DNA from: an uncultured Candidatus Saccharibacteria bacterium | GTDB taxonomy: Bacteria; Patescibacteriota; CALEFQ01; G965231055 | DNA: 64,000 nt | NCBI GenBank assembly: GCA_965231055.1 | Contig: OZ246411.1 | Span: 473,875-537,874, forward strand | Reading direction: 5' to 3' | Shown here: one piece after another, positions 1-10,134 of the stretch | How positions within the stretch are numbered: the first letter of the stretch is position 1 | Layout: the number at the start of each line of letters is the position of its first letter | The notes under the pieces: generated by a model | What the model was told of the DNA's origin: nothing | Database searches by the model: none | What the model saw: the letters and a program-made list of their open reading frames with translations, nothing else | Made by a program: the position numbers and the translations under genes

Positions 1-1108
1 AGCTTCCAGCCGCAGAGCCTCTTCCTGGTCCTACCAATATTCCTTGATCTTTGGCCCAGGTGATAAAATCTTGAACTATGAGAAAATATGCGGCGTACCC
101 AGTTTGCTTTATAATATCAAGCTCATAATCAAGTCTTTTCATGTATTCAGGATCCACTTCTTTTAGATCTTTGTAGCCATATCTGTATTTGAGTCCTTCT
201 AAAGAAAGGTTTCTCAAGTGGCCATCTGCTGTTTCTCCTTTTGGTAGGGGAAACTCTGGGAGGAGTATTTTCCCAAGCTCCATTTCGAAATTACATTTTT
301 CAGCTATCTTCACTGTGTTTTCTACTGCTCCTGGAAAATCCTTGAAATCTTTTTCCATCTGTTCTGGTGGTCGCATGGAATAATCTTCATTTATCATTTT
401 CATTCTGTTTTCCTCGTGTACTTTTCTTCCGGTTTGCACGCAAAGCAAAACATCATGAACTTTGTTGTCCTCCTTGTTTACATAATGCGTGTCGTTTGTA
501 GCGACGAGCGGTATATCAAGCTCCTTGGAAAGTTTTTTCATGCCCTCGTTTGAGCGCACCTGTTTTTGTAGGGTCGGTATGTATTGAACTTCTAGATAAA
601 AGTTGCCCTTGCCAAACATTTCTTGGTATTTGAGCGCTGCTTTTTTTGCTTGCTCGTAGTGCCCATTTGATAGTAGAGATGGAACTTCGCCAGCAACGCA
701 ACCAGATAGTGCTATGAGGCCCCTTGTGTGTTTTGCGAGGAATTCTTTGTCTATTCTGGGTTTATAATAAAATCCTTCAAGTTGCGCAGCGCTAGATATT
801 TTTAGAAGATTTAAGTATCCTTCTTTATTTTTTACAAGCAATGTTAGGTGAAAAGGATTGGTGTCTATCTTAGCTCTTTTGTTATACATCCTATTGGGAG
901 CTATGTAGGTTTCCATTCCCACTATTGGTTTGATTCCCAGATCTTTTGCTTTTTGATAAAATTCCACAACTCCGTACATGCATCCATGATCAGTAAGCGC
1001 GCACGCTGTCATTTTGTGTTCTTTTACTTTCGCCAAAATATCATCGATCTTCCCGAGACCGTCTAGTAATGAATAATGAGAATGTAAGTGGAGGTGTACG
1101 AAGGACAC
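1..1108 (-). CDS. dnaE: DNA polymerase III alpha subunit DnaE, N-terminal PHP domain. Partial: the ORF runs off the window start and is absent from the ORF track. It has no in-frame ATG; the likely start is GTG at 1108.
   Basis: Hand translation of the minus strand gives (M/V)SFVHLHLHSHYSLLDGLGKIDDILAKVKEHKMTACALTDHGCMYGVVEFYQKAKDLGIKPIVGMETY..., the canonical DnaE PHP-domain N-terminus. The frame stays open to position 1. Confidence 0.85.
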   Translation of the reverse strand, partial: MSFVHLHLHSHYSLLDGLGKIDDILAKVKEHKMTACALTDHGCMYGVVEFYQKAKDLGIKPIVGMETYIAPNRMYNKRAKIDTNPFHLTLLVKNKEGYLNLLKISSAAQLEGFYYKPRIDKEFLAKHTRGLIALSGCVAGEVPSLLSNGHYEQAKKAALKYQEMFGKGNFYLEVQYIPTLQKQVRSNEGMKKLSKELDIPLVATNDTHYVNKEDNKVHDVLLCVQTGRKVHEENRMKMINEDYSMRPPEQMEKDFKDFPGAVENTVKIAEKCNFEMELGKILLPEFPLPKGETADGHLRNLSLEGLKYRYGYKDLKEVDPEYMKRLDYELDIIKQTGYAAYFLIVQDFITWAKDQGILVGPGRGSAAGS

Positions 1109-1263
1109 TTTTGTTTTTATGAAATTATATCTATTGATTCTATCATTTTATTTGAAAAAGGGAATTCGTATTTTGTTTTGTCACAATGGTCGTTTTTTGT
1201 AAACCCCAGTTGTCGTGTAACATAGTATTGGAAATTATGGTATAATAAAAAAAATATAAAAAT

Positions 1264-2181
1264 ATGAACAACAAAAGAGAACTAGAAAAAATAGACAAAG
1301 AAATACGAACAGCGATTTTTGTAGTACGTTATAAAAAGCTCATCTTTAGGTCGGCGATAATAGCTGTAGTGGTTATTATAGCCTTGATTGTGGGCATAAC
1401 TGTGTACAATAAAAACAAACCCGTCATAGAATGTAATATTGATAACCAATGCTCTGATGGGTATGTATGTAGAGAGGGGAAGTGTACCATTTCGCCGGAT
1501 CTTTTGCCTCCAGCTGATTTAAATATTCAAATTCTGGACCAAGCAATTATAAAAACTGGTTCCGAAAAGTCTGATATCGCCATTAAAGTCAAAAACTCAG
1601 ATCCTGATTGGGGTATAAAAGAACTTAAGTATTCTTTTGTTTTTTCTTATTCGGATTCGGGCAATGCTGAACAGAAAAAATTCGAGGGAGTTACTTATAT
1701 TCTGCCAAATGAGGAGAAATACATTGTCTATCTTGGAGCAGAGGGCATAGGTGATTATTCGGACTTTGATGTTATGCTAGAACCTGTTACGTGGAGAAAA
1801 CTCACCAGGTTCAATGAACCAGAGCTAGATGTTAAAAACATTGTTTCATCTGTCTCTGACGATGGAGTTTCCAAATACAAGGTTTCTGCAAATATTACAA
1901 ATAATAGTGATTATGATTTTGAGAGAGTTGATGTTTTTGTGGTTTTAAGAAATAAAGACGGTAAAATAGTGGGTGTAAACGCTACCAATATAAATGCATT
2001 TCTCAGATCAACGAGAAGAGATGTTATTGTGCAGTGGTATGGTAAGATTGATGGGGCAGTTAGTAAAACAGAATTTTATGTAGAAGCAGATGTTTTTTCT
2101 TCGGAGAACTTTATAAATAGATTTGGTCAAGATAAAGAAATCTATCAGCAGTTTATAATTGAAGAAGAATTGGCGGAGTAA
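1264..2181 (+). CDS. Hypothetical membrane-anchored protein (N-terminal TM segment and a Cys-rich segment, CSDGYVCREGKC)
   Basis: 305-aa ORF with one N-terminal hydrophobic helix. It lies upstream of and co-directional with the SEDS-family gene. No recognisable catalytic motif. Confidence 0.5.
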   Translation: MNNKRELEKIDKEIRTAIFVVRYKKLIFRSAIIAVVVIIALIVGITVYNKNKPVIECNIDNQCSDGYVCREGKCTISPDLLPPADLNIQILDQAIIKTGSEKSDIAIKVKNSDPDWGIKELKYSFVFSYSDSGNAEQKKFEGVTYILPNEEKYIVYLGAEGIGDYSDFDVMLEPVTWRKLTRFNEPELDVKNIVSSVSDDGVSKYKVSANITNNSDYDFERVDVFVVLRNKDGKIVGVNATNINAFLRSTRRDVIVQWYGKIDGAVSKTEFYVEADVFSSENFINRFGQDKEIYQQFIIEEELAE

Positions 2182-2186
2182 TTTGA

Positions 2187-3320
2187 GTGATATTCAAAAA
2201 TATGTTTTCCTTTGCGAAAAAATATGATTTTGGAGTAATGATTCCTGTATTACTCTTGATGGTACTTGGTATAGCTTTGATATATAGCGCTACGCTTGGT
2301 AGAGAAAATGCAGATATGGGAAATACTGTGAAGCAGGCCATAGCTTTTGGTATGGGCCTGTTTTTTATTTGGTTGCTTACCATTATGGATTATAGGATAT
2401 GGAAAAATTATAGCGGTATTTTATATATAGTTATGATTGTGATGCTTGTCTTGGTTTTGTTTTTGGGTGTCCCTGTGAGGGGATCTAGAAGCTGGTTTTC
2501 TATCGGAGGTTTTCAGCTACAACCTGCGGAGTTCGCCAAGATCATTCTTATTATCGCTTTGTCCAAATACTTTTCTATCAATGGAGGAGATGTTTGGAGA
2601 ATTAAGCACCTTGTTATTACCGGACTATATACTCTGATTCCCGTTGGACTTATTCTTGTCCAGCCCGATCTTGGGTCGGCCTCGGTTTTGATTGCTATTT
2701 GGGTGGGAATGCTGGTGATAGCTGGAATTGGAAAACTGCAAGCCCTGATACTTTCACTGGGTACTGTTTTTATTGTTTGGGCTGGCTGGGTTTTTGCACT
2801 CAAAGATTATCAAAAAAATAGAATCAAAGTATTTCTTGATCCATCCCTTGATCCATTAAAAGAGGGGTACAATGTTATGCAGGCCAAAATTGCGATTGGC
2901 TCAGGGGGTTTTTGGGGGAAAGGACTGGGACATGGTTCCCAAAGTCAGCTCAATTTTTTGCCAGAACAGCATACTGATTTTATATTCGCAGTTTTGGGAG
3001 AGGAGCTGGGTTTCGCTGGATGTCTGTTTGTTTTTGGAGCTTTTACTTTCTTATTTTATAGAATGTTTGTTTTAGCTAAAAAAATCAAAGATAGTTTCGG
3101 ATTCTTTATTGTAGTTGGAGCTGGAGTTCTTATACTGTTTCAGGTATTTGTAAATATAGGCATGAATGTGGGGCTACTACCAGTTACTGGAGTTCCTTTG
3201 CCCTTTTTGAGTTATGGAGGAAGCTCTACTTTGGCGATGCTTATGCTGATAGGTTTTGTGCAAAGTGTAGCTATAAGGACTGGAAAAAGTATCTTTCCCG
3301 CTTCAAGCAGAGAAGATTAA
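2187..3320 (+). CDS. SEDS-family peptidoglycan glycosyltransferase (FtsW/RodA/SpoVE)
   Basis: Multi-TM protein with the characteristic FQLQPAEFAKI, DLGSA and PVTGVPLPFLSYGGSS motifs. Confidence 0.9.
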   Translation: MIFKNMFSFAKKYDFGVMIPVLLLMVLGIALIYSATLGRENADMGNTVKQAIAFGMGLFFIWLLTIMDYRIWKNYSGILYIVMIVMLVLVLFLGVPVRGSRSWFSIGGFQLQPAEFAKIILIIALSKYFSINGGDVWRIKHLVITGLYTLIPVGLILVQPDLGSASVLIAIWVGMLVIAGIGKLQALILSLGTVFIVWAGWVFALKDYQKNRIKVFLDPSLDPLKEGYNVMQAKIAIGSGGFWGKGLGHGSQSQLNFLPEQHTDFIFAVLGEELGFAGCLFVFGAFTFLFYRMFVLAKKIKDSFGFFIVVGAGVLILFQVFVNIGMNVGLLPVTGVPLPFLSYGGSSTLAMLMLIGFVQSVAIRTGKSIFPASSRED

Positions 3321-3391
3321 ATCTTAACGTAGAGCGAATTGTGGTTAAGTCAGGATTTTAGCTCTAGACAGAATAAAAAATATAGTATAGT

Positions 3392-4126
3392 ATGGCTTTT
3401 GTTATGGAAATAGCTTTAAATGTAAACAAAAGGAATATAGAAGACAAAGCGGGGAGCTTGAGAAAGTCAGGTATGGTCCCCGGTGTTTTGTATGGAACTG
3501 GCAAAGAAAATGTCATTTTTCAAGTTTCACTGAAAGATTTGAAAAAAGTATATGAAGAAGCGGGGGAAAGCACCTTGGTTGCGCTTTCTGTGGATAAAGC
3601 CAAACCAGAATATGTACTTATAAGCGATATGGATCTAGATCCAGTAACTGATACTCCTATTCATGTGGATTTGCTTAGGGTTAAAATGGACGAACTCACG
3701 GAAGCTGAAGTAGAGCTTGAATTTGTGGGAGTTTCAAAGGCAGTTAAGGATGATAAGGGTGTTTTGATCAAGAACCTAGATACGGTTGAAGTTAAGGCTC
3801 TTCCTATAGATCTTCCAAAGAGCATAGTTGTAGATATTTCGACTTTAAATACATTTGAGGATGTTATTACTATTGGTGACCTAAAAGTTTCTGCTAAAGT
3901 AGAAATTTTGGCAAGCAAGGAAGACGTGGTTGCTACTGTAACTCCTCCTAGATCAGATGAAGAGCTTGCTGCTCTCGATGAAACTGCAACTGAAGATGTT
4001 AGCTCTATTGAAGTTGAAGAAAAAGGCAAGAAAGAAGAAGATGAAGAAGGTGCAGAGGGTGAAGAAGGTGCTACTCCAAAGAAAGAAGGTGCCCCAGAAG
4101 CCAAGAAAGAAGAAACAAAGAAATAA
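3392..4126 (+). CDS. rplY: 50S ribosomal protein bL25 (general stress protein Ctc form) with a Lys/Glu-rich C-terminal tail
   Basis: N-terminal ...RKSGMVPGVLYG... and the conserved L25 beta-barrel region; low-complexity E/K tail. Confidence 0.85.
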   Translation: MAFVMEIALNVNKRNIEDKAGSLRKSGMVPGVLYGTGKENVIFQVSLKDLKKVYEEAGESTLVALSVDKAKPEYVLISDMDLDPVTDTPIHVDLLRVKMDELTEAEVELEFVGVSKAVKDDKGVLIKNLDTVEVKALPIDLPKSIVVDISTLNTFEDVITIGDLKVSAKVEILASKEDVVATVTPPRSDEELAALDETATEDVSSIEVEEKGKKEEDEEGAEGEEGATPKKEGAPEAKKEETKK

Positions 4127-4169
4127 TCTTTTTAGATTTTATCTATCCTTCTTTTTAATAAAAACAAAA

Positions 4170-5321
4170 ATGAAAAACAGTAAAAACTCAAATGTTTTGG
4201 ATTTGAGAGAGGACTCATCTGAGAAAAAGAATTTGAAAAAAGAGGATAAGCCAAGAAAAAAGCTTACAAAAAAACAGAAAATAGTAATTTTGATTTGTGT
4301 TTTTGCCGCCATCGTTGCAGTAGGCCTTTGGTGGTATTTTATTTATGCGAAGAATGATGAACCTGAAAATGTTGTTGTTGAAGAACCAGTAAGAGAAGAG
4401 GGTAATAAAATAGAAAGTCAGCTAAATGGAGTAATGATTGATAAGGAAATAGCAAAAACGAGACCCTTTGCCATGATGATAGAAAACCATCCAGATAGTA
4501 GACCCCAGTCGGGACTAGTTGACGCTGACGTTGTATATGAAGCTCTTGCTGAGGGTGGAATAAGCAGATTTTTAGCTATTTTTCAAAGCAAGTTGTCTAG
4601 TGAAATAGGTCCCGTAAGGAGTGCTAGGACTTATTATGTAGATTGGGCTGCTGAATACGAAGCGATCTATGGACATGCTGGCGGAGACGAGATGGGACTA
4701 AGGAGAGTTTTGGAGCACGGACTACGAGATCTAAATGGAATTGCGATTGGTTCTAGATTTTTCTGGAGAGATGATAGCAGGGTAGCTCCACATAATCTTT
4801 ATACTTCAAATGAAAAATTGTCTCTTGCAAAAAGAGATGAGGTGGATGATTGGGGAAATGACGAGTATCCAAATAACTCAATAGGACACTGGAAATATGA
4901 AGAGGGTGAAAATTCCACAGAAGATCAAACTATTACAGTAAATTATTCTTCTGATTCATATAGGGTTGATTGGGAATACGACAAAGAAAACAATATTTAC
5001 AAAAGAAAACTAGCCGGATCTGAACATAAAGATAAAAAAACAAACGAACAAATAGTAGCATCTACAGTGATCGTAGAAAAAGCTGATACCAATCTAAGAG
5101 ATGCTCAGCACCTTGATATCAAAACAATAGGTAGTGGAGACGGATATCTATTTAAAAACGGAAAGACATATGAGATCAGATGGGAAAAGGATGGTGCGGC
5201 AGATAGAACTAGATTTTTCAAAAAAGATAGTACAGAAGAAATAACCTTGGTTCCTGGTAAGATATGGATTCATGTTTTGCCTCTTGATAGAACTGTGGAT
5301 TTTACCGGAGAAGCTCAATAA
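4170..5321 (+). CDS. DUF3048-family (YerB-like) putative lipoprotein or secreted protein
   Basis: The tracked ORF starts at 3957 inside rplY. It is trimmed to the ATG at 4170 (MKNSKNS...), which is followed by a TM segment. It carries the PFAMMIENHPDSRPQSGLVDADVVYEALAEGGISRFLAIF segment typical of DUF3048. Confidence 0.7.
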   Translation: MKNSKNSNVLDLREDSSEKKNLKKEDKPRKKLTKKQKIVILICVFAAIVAVGLWWYFIYAKNDEPENVVVEEPVREEGNKIESQLNGVMIDKEIAKTRPFAMMIENHPDSRPQSGLVDADVVYEALAEGGISRFLAIFQSKLSSEIGPVRSARTYYVDWAAEYEAIYGHAGGDEMGLRRVLEHGLRDLNGIAIGSRFFWRDDSRVAPHNLYTSNEKLSLAKRDEVDDWGNDEYPNNSIGHWKYEEGENSTEDQTITVNYSSDSYRVDWEYDKENNIYKRKLAGSEHKDKKTNEQIVASTVIVEKADTNLRDAQHLDIKTIGSGDGYLFKNGKTYEIRWEKDGAADRTRFFKKDSTEEITLVPGKIWIHVLPLDRTVDFTGEAQ

Positions 5322-5408
5322 TTTACTAAAAAATCCGCCTGACTCTCTCATGCCGTTAAAGAATTTGTCTTTAACGATAGAGACTGGGAGTAGGGGCGGA
5401 TTTTTGTT

Positions 5409-6248
5409 TTATCTTATTTCAATCACGCGATCGTGTCCTTCGAGATCTTTGTGAACCTTTATTTTTCTATGGGGGAGAATATATTTTACTAGATCTCGTA
5501 TTCTTTCTTTCTGCATTGGTGAGATTTCAAAGTATATAGAGTGAATGGGTGTAATACTTTCCAGGTATTCAATTTCCTTTAACAATTCTTTGTATAGAGC
5601 TAGTCCACCTGACTTTGCTACCAATGCTTTTTTTGGATCGTGCTTCGTTTCATTGTCTAGAAGTGAGTATTCTTTCTTTGATACGTATGGCAGATTGGCG
5701 ATCAATATGAGTGGCTTTTTGATCTTGTGTTTTCTCGTCCATCCGTAAATGGGTTCAGATAAGTGCCCCCTGAGAATTGATATTTGATCGGACACTTTGT
5801 GTCTAATGGTGTTTAGCTTGGCTATTTTGATAGCCTTTTTTGAGATATCGGTCGCTAGCCCATGGATATTTTTGCTTTTTGTGGCGATAGTTATTGCGAT
5901 GCATCCAGATCCTGTGCCAATATCAACGAAGGGGAGTTTGTTTTTTATGATTTCAGGCAAAGCTTTTTCTACTAGCGTTTCTGTGGCTGGTCTAGGTATT
6001 AGTGTGTCTTTGGACACAAAAAAAGGAAGTCCAAAAAATTCCTTTTCATTTAAGATTTGTGCGAGCGGAATTCCTTTTTCTCTCTGCTTTAGGTCCTCAA
6101 TTATTTTCTTGGCAAGTTCGCTATCTACTTTGTGTTCAGAATAAGATAAAACGAAGCTTTTGGATTTTTTGATTGCTTTTGAGATTATGATCTCGGCGTC
6201 AACTCTTGGCGCGTTTGTTTTTTCTAGTATTTGTTTTATTGTTGGCAT
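5409..6248 (-). CDS. prmC: Release-factor glutamine N5-methyltransferase PrmC (HemK)
   Basis: SAM motif VDIGTGSGCIA and an NPPY-type motif (ANLPYV). It sits immediately downstream of prfA, with the start overlapping the prfA stop. Confidence 0.85.
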   Translation of the reverse strand: MPTIKQILEKTNAPRVDAEIIISKAIKKSKSFVLSYSEHKVDSELAKKIIEDLKQREKGIPLAQILNEKEFFGLPFFVSKDTLIPRPATETLVEKALPEIIKNKLPFVDIGTGSGCIAITIATKSKNIHGLATDISKKAIKIAKLNTIRHKVSDQISILRGHLSEPIYGWTRKHKIKKPLILIANLPYVSKKEYSLLDNETKHDPKKALVAKSGGLALYKELLKEIEYLESITPIHSIYFEISPMQKERIRDLVKYILPHRKIKVHKDLEGHDRVIEIR

Positions 6249-7307
6249 TTATTTTTGTTTGATTTTTAATTTAGCTTCTTTGTCAGCATCAGCTAGCGCG
6301 ATTAGTAGAGGATCGAGCTTTCCTTCCATGACAGAGCTTAGGTCTTTGGTAGTATATTTAATTCTGTGATCTGTGACTCTTCCTTGTGGAAAATTGTATG
6401 TGCGTATTTTTTCGCTTCTATCTCCTGTACCGATTTGTGATCTTCGTAGGTCTCCTTCTTCTTTGTGTCTTTTCTCTTCTTCGAAATCAGCAATTCTTGC
6501 GGCCAAAACACTCATAGCTTTGTCCTTGTTTTTGTGCTGGGATCTTTCGGATTGGGAAGCGGTAACTATTCCGGTAGGAATGTGGGTGATGCGTACTGCA
6601 GATTCAGTTTTGTTTACGTGTTGTCCGCCAGCTCCGGATGCTCTATAAATATCTATTCTAAGGTCCTCTGGATTTATATTTATTTCAGCTTGTTCGATCT
6701 GTGGCATCACAGCTACGGTAACAGTAGAAGTATGAACTCTGCCTGATTTTTCTGTTTCAGGTACTCGCTGAACCCTGTGAACTCCACTTTCGTATTTAAA
6801 AGTTTTGTAAGCATCTTTTCCTTTGATTTCAAAAATTACTTCTTTGAATCCGCCTATACCTATGCGATTTGCTGAGATAAGCTCGTGCCCTAGTTTTCTT
6901 GATTCTGCGTAGCGTGAGTACATTCTGAGTAGTTCGGCCACGAAAAGTGCTGATTCATCTCCTCCAGCTCCTGCTCTGATTTCTACTATGGCATTTTTCT
7001 TGTCTCGTGGATCTTTGGGGAGTAGCTCGTATTCTATTTCATTTTTCATTTCTGCTATTTCTTTCTCAAGTTTTATCACTTCTCGTTCCGCCTCGGCTCT
7101 CATGTCAGAGTCGTTTAGTAATTCTTTTGCATCCACTAATTCCGTCTCTCTTTTTTCAAAAAGTTCTATTTTCGCTGCAAGTTCTTTGATGTCAGCGTAT
7201 TCTTGTGATAGTTCTTTGAGTTTTGCTGGATTTGAAGTAACAGAAGGTTCGTTCAGTTGTTCTGAAAGTCGTTTGAATTTATCTTTGGTTTCCTGAAATA
7301 CTTGCAT
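6249..7307 (-). CDS. prfA: Peptide chain release factor 1
   Basis: GGQ motif (SGAGGQHVNKTESAVRITHIPTGIV) and an RF1-type N-terminal coiled coil. Confidence 0.93.
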   Translation of the reverse strand: MQVFQETKDKFKRLSEQLNEPSVTSNPAKLKELSQEYADIKELAAKIELFEKRETELVDAKELLNDSDMRAEAEREVIKLEKEIAEMKNEIEYELLPKDPRDKKNAIVEIRAGAGGDESALFVAELLRMYSRYAESRKLGHELISANRIGIGGFKEVIFEIKGKDAYKTFKYESGVHRVQRVPETEKSGRVHTSTVTVAVMPQIEQAEININPEDLRIDIYRASGAGGQHVNKTESAVRITHIPTGIVTASQSERSQHKNKDKAMSVLAARIADFEEEKRHKEEGDLRRSQIGTGDRSEKIRTYNFPQGRVTDHRIKYTTKDLSSVMEGKLDPLLIALADADKEAKLKIKQK

Positions 7308-7390
7308 GGCGTAATTAGTTAAAAATAATCTCTTCTAATAAAATCCCCCTCTAGTTTATCACAAAGCGGGGGATTTAAAAATTGGAGTTG

Positions 7391-7654
7391 TTATTTCTTG
7401 GTTTTTGTAGCTTTTTTCTTGGCAGGAGCTTTCTTTTCGGCCTTCATCTTGGTTGCTTTTTCCATTCTTGCCTTGAATTTGTCTACTCTTCTTGCAGTAT
7501 CAACTAGCTTGCTTTTACCAGTATAAAAAGGATGGCAAGATGAACAAATTTCAACTTGGATTTCTTTTTTGGTTGAACCTGTGGTAAATGTATTTCCGCA
7601 AGCGCAAGTGACCTTGGCGTCAGTGTAAAATTGTGGGTGTATTTTCTTTTTCAT
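7391..7654 (-). CDS. rpmE: 50S ribosomal protein bL31
   Basis: [10 protein letters not shown]...[11 protein letters not shown]: a classic L31 with a zinc-binding Cys pair and a Lys-rich tail. Confidence 0.9.
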   Translation of the reverse strand: MKKKIHPQFYTDAKVTCACGNTFTTGSTKKEIQVEICSSCHPFYTGKSKLVDTARRVDKFKARMEKATKMKAEKKAPAKKKATKTKK

Positions 7655-8009
7655 GAAATAAGTATTAAACGTTGGATTGTAAGCGATTCTCGATTAAGAT
7701 TTTTGAAAAACTTACTTGCCTAAATTATCACCAATTTTGTGTTGTGTCAAATGGGGGACGGCATTCAGTTGTCAGTGGTCAGAGTTCAGTTAATAATAAA
7801 GCTGAGATGCGATTGCTGATTGCTGAATACCGACTACTGAAAGCTATGGCTAGGCCTTGCCAAGCTCATTTTTTATGGTATACTTCTGCTAACACCCAAT
7901 AGGTGTAATTTTTTACTTAAATAATCACTCACATACCAAATAGTTTCCTGTCCCTCGCCAAAGTTGGCGATAGGGATAACTGGTATGGATGTGAAAGGAA
8001 CTAAACAAC

Positions 8010-8696
8010 ATGAAACCAAAAGCATCTCTAATGGAAATGCTAAAAGCGGGGGTTCATTTCGGTCACCAAACTTTTAGGTGGCATCCTTCAATGAAGCCCT
8101 TTATTTTTGCGTCCAAAAACGACATCCACATCATCGATCTTGAGAGAACTCAAGAACAGCTTGAAAAAGCTTTGGAATTTGTTGCCGGAGTTGTAAAAAA
8201 CAACGGTCAAATCCTTTTTGTGGGTACAAAGAAACAAGCAAAAGAAATAATGAAAAAATCAGCTCAAAAAGTTGATATGCCATTCGTGGTAGAGCGATGG
8301 CTTGGTGGTATTTTCACCAATTTCACTACAGTAAGAAAGCAGGTTGATAAGCTTGAGAAAATGATCAAGGAAAAAGAAGATGATCTCAAGAAAAGATATA
8401 CCAAAAAAGAATTGCTTGTTAGAAAACGAAAAATAGAAAAGCTTACCAAATTCTTTGAAGGTCTTTTGATTATGAAAAGACTTCCAGAAGCTATATTCGT
8501 TATAGATGTTAAGCAAGAGAAAAATGCTATCGCAGAAGCTAAGAAGAGAAAGATTCCTGTAATTGCTCTTGTTGATACAAATTCTGATATGAGAAAAATT
8601 GATTATCCAATTCCTTCAAATGATGATGCTGTGAAAGTTATCCAGCTCATGTGCGATGAAGTGGTCTCAGTTATTTCTGAAACAAAGAAAAAATAA
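8010..8696 (+). CDS. rpsB: 30S ribosomal protein uS2
   Basis: MLKAGVHFGHQTFRWHPSMKPFIF... The start could instead be the in-frame ATG at 8031. Confidence 0.93.
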   Translation: MKPKASLMEMLKAGVHFGHQTFRWHPSMKPFIFASKNDIHIIDLERTQEQLEKALEFVAGVVKNNGQILFVGTKKQAKEIMKKSAQKVDMPFVVERWLGGIFTNFTTVRKQVDKLEKMIKEKEDDLKKRYTKKELLVRKRKIEKLTKFFEGLLIMKRLPEAIFVIDVKQEKNAIAEAKKRKIPVIALVDTNSDMRKIDYPIPSNDDAVKVIQLMCDEVVSVISETKKK

Positions 8697-8710
8697 TAAA
8701 TTCTAAAAAA

Positions 8711-9295
8711 ATGATAACAGCTAAACAAATAAAAGAATTAAGAGATAAAACCGGTGCTCCATTGATGAAAATAAAAAAGGCTTTGGCTGAAAGCAAGGGA
8801 AATGTAGAAAAAGCAATAGAGACTTTGCGAAAGCAGGGTGCCGAAATACTTGCCAAAAGAGCAGATAAGCAAGCCAAGGAAGGCTATATTGGTTCATACA
8901 TTCATTCAAACGGCAAAGTTGCTGCTTTTGTTCAGCTTTTAACTGAGACTGATTTTGTTGCGAAGAACGAAGAGTTCAGACAGCTTGCAAATGATATTGC
9001 TATGCATGTGGTTGCGATGAGTCCAAGATATTTGAAAATTGAAGATGTTTCTGCGGAAGACCTTGCGAAAGAAAAAAAGCTTTATGAAGAGCAGGCCAAA
9101 GAAGGTGGAAAGCCAGCAAATGTAGTTGAAAAAATAGTGGAAGGCAAGCTTGAAAAGTTCAAAGAAGAAATGTGCTTGCTTACCCAACCATTCGTCAGAG
9201 ATGATAAGATGACTATAAATGATCTTATCAACGAAAAAGTTTCCAAGATGAGAGAAAAAATAGAGATAGGAAAGTTTGTTAGATTTGAAATATAA
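8711..9295 (+). CDS. tsf: Elongation factor Ts (short, about 194 aa form)
   Basis: N-terminal UBA-like region (ITAKQIKELRDKTGAPLMKIKKAL) and the FVAKNEEF core. Classic rpsB-tsf linkage. Confidence 0.92.
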   Translation: MITAKQIKELRDKTGAPLMKIKKALAESKGNVEKAIETLRKQGAEILAKRADKQAKEGYIGSYIHSNGKVAAFVQLLTETDFVAKNEEFRQLANDIAMHVVAMSPRYLKIEDVSAEDLAKEKKLYEEQAKEGGKPANVVEKIVEGKLEKFKEEMCLLTQPFVRDDKMTINDLINEKVSKMREKIEIGKFVRFEI

Positions 9296-9297
9296 TT

Positions 9298-10134
9298 ATG
9301 AGTTTTATCATAAATGTCAGACTGAGACCATGGGAGAGCGTGAAAGCTTTTGTATCTGAAGAAGAAGTTGCAAAAGGTGATATGGTGGAAGTGGAAGATG
9401 AGTTTGGAACTGAAGACGGAGAAGTGGTTTTCGTTAAGTCTGAATCAAAAATCTCTCAGAGTTCAATGCCTAAGGTTTTGAAAAAACTCAGTTTTGGCGA
9501 GATTCAAAAAGCCAAGGAATACAAGGCGAGAGAGGGTGAAATAATTTCGAGATGCAGAGATTTGATAAAACAACACAATCTCCCAATGAAACTAGTCGGA
9601 GCTAAATTTATGTATGACGGTTCCAAGGTTACGATAGCTTTTACCTCTGAAAGCAGAGTAGATTTCAGACAACTGGTAAAAGATCTAACAAGAGAGTTTC
9701 AAAAATCAGTGAGACTTCAGCAAATAGGATCTCGAGACGAAGCAAGGGAAGTCGGTGGACTAGGGCATTGTGGGCACGCTGTGTGCTGCAAAACTTTTAT
9801 GAAAGATATGAAGAGTATCACGACTGACATGGCTGTGGATCAGGATATTGCCCACAGAGGAAGCGAGAGGCTTTCTGGTTTGTGCGGCAGATTGATGTGC
9901 TGCTTGGCTTTTGAGGAAAATGCATACAAAGAAGTTGCCAAGAATTTTCCATCAAAATGGGATGTGGTTATTGATAAGAAAAATAAAATAGAAGGTGTTG
10001 TTGTCGATAGAAATGTTTTAAGAGGAGAAGTTTTGGTTCAAGATGCAGAAAAAAATAAACACAAGTGCGAAATAGCAAATATCAAGATTAAGACAAAGTT
10101 TCAAGGGAAAAGACCCGCAAATAAGAAAAAATAA
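9298..10134 (+). CDS. PSP1 C-terminal-domain protein (RicT/YaaT-like)
   Basis: Conserved Cys cluster GHCGHAVCCKTF...GLCGRLMCCLAFE, typical of the PSP1/YaaT family. Confidence 0.75.
   Translation: MSFIINVRLRPWESVKAFVSEEEVAKGDMVEVEDEFGTEDGEVVFVKSESKISQSSMPKVLKKLSFGEIQKAKEYKAREGEIISRCRDLIKQHNLPMKLVGAKFMYDGSKVTIAFTSESRVDFRQLVKDLTREFQKSVRLQQIGSRDEAREVGGLGHCGHAVCCKTFMKDMKSITTDMAVDQDIAHRGSERLSGLCGRLMCCLAFEENAYKEVAKNFPSKWDVVIDKKNKIEGVVVDRNVLRGEVLVQDAEKNKHKCEIANIKIKTKFQGKRPANKKK

Noticed and set aside
3957-4169. Long N-terminal extension of the tracked ORF 3957..5321
   Set aside because: It overlaps the 3' end of rplY in another frame and is translated from the low-complexity K/E-coding region. The ATG at 4170, followed by a TM segment, is the plausible start.
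7672-7902. Tracked 76-aa ORF between rpmE and rpsB
   Set aside because: It coincides with a copy of the intergenic inverted-repeat element family, and the translation has no coding character.
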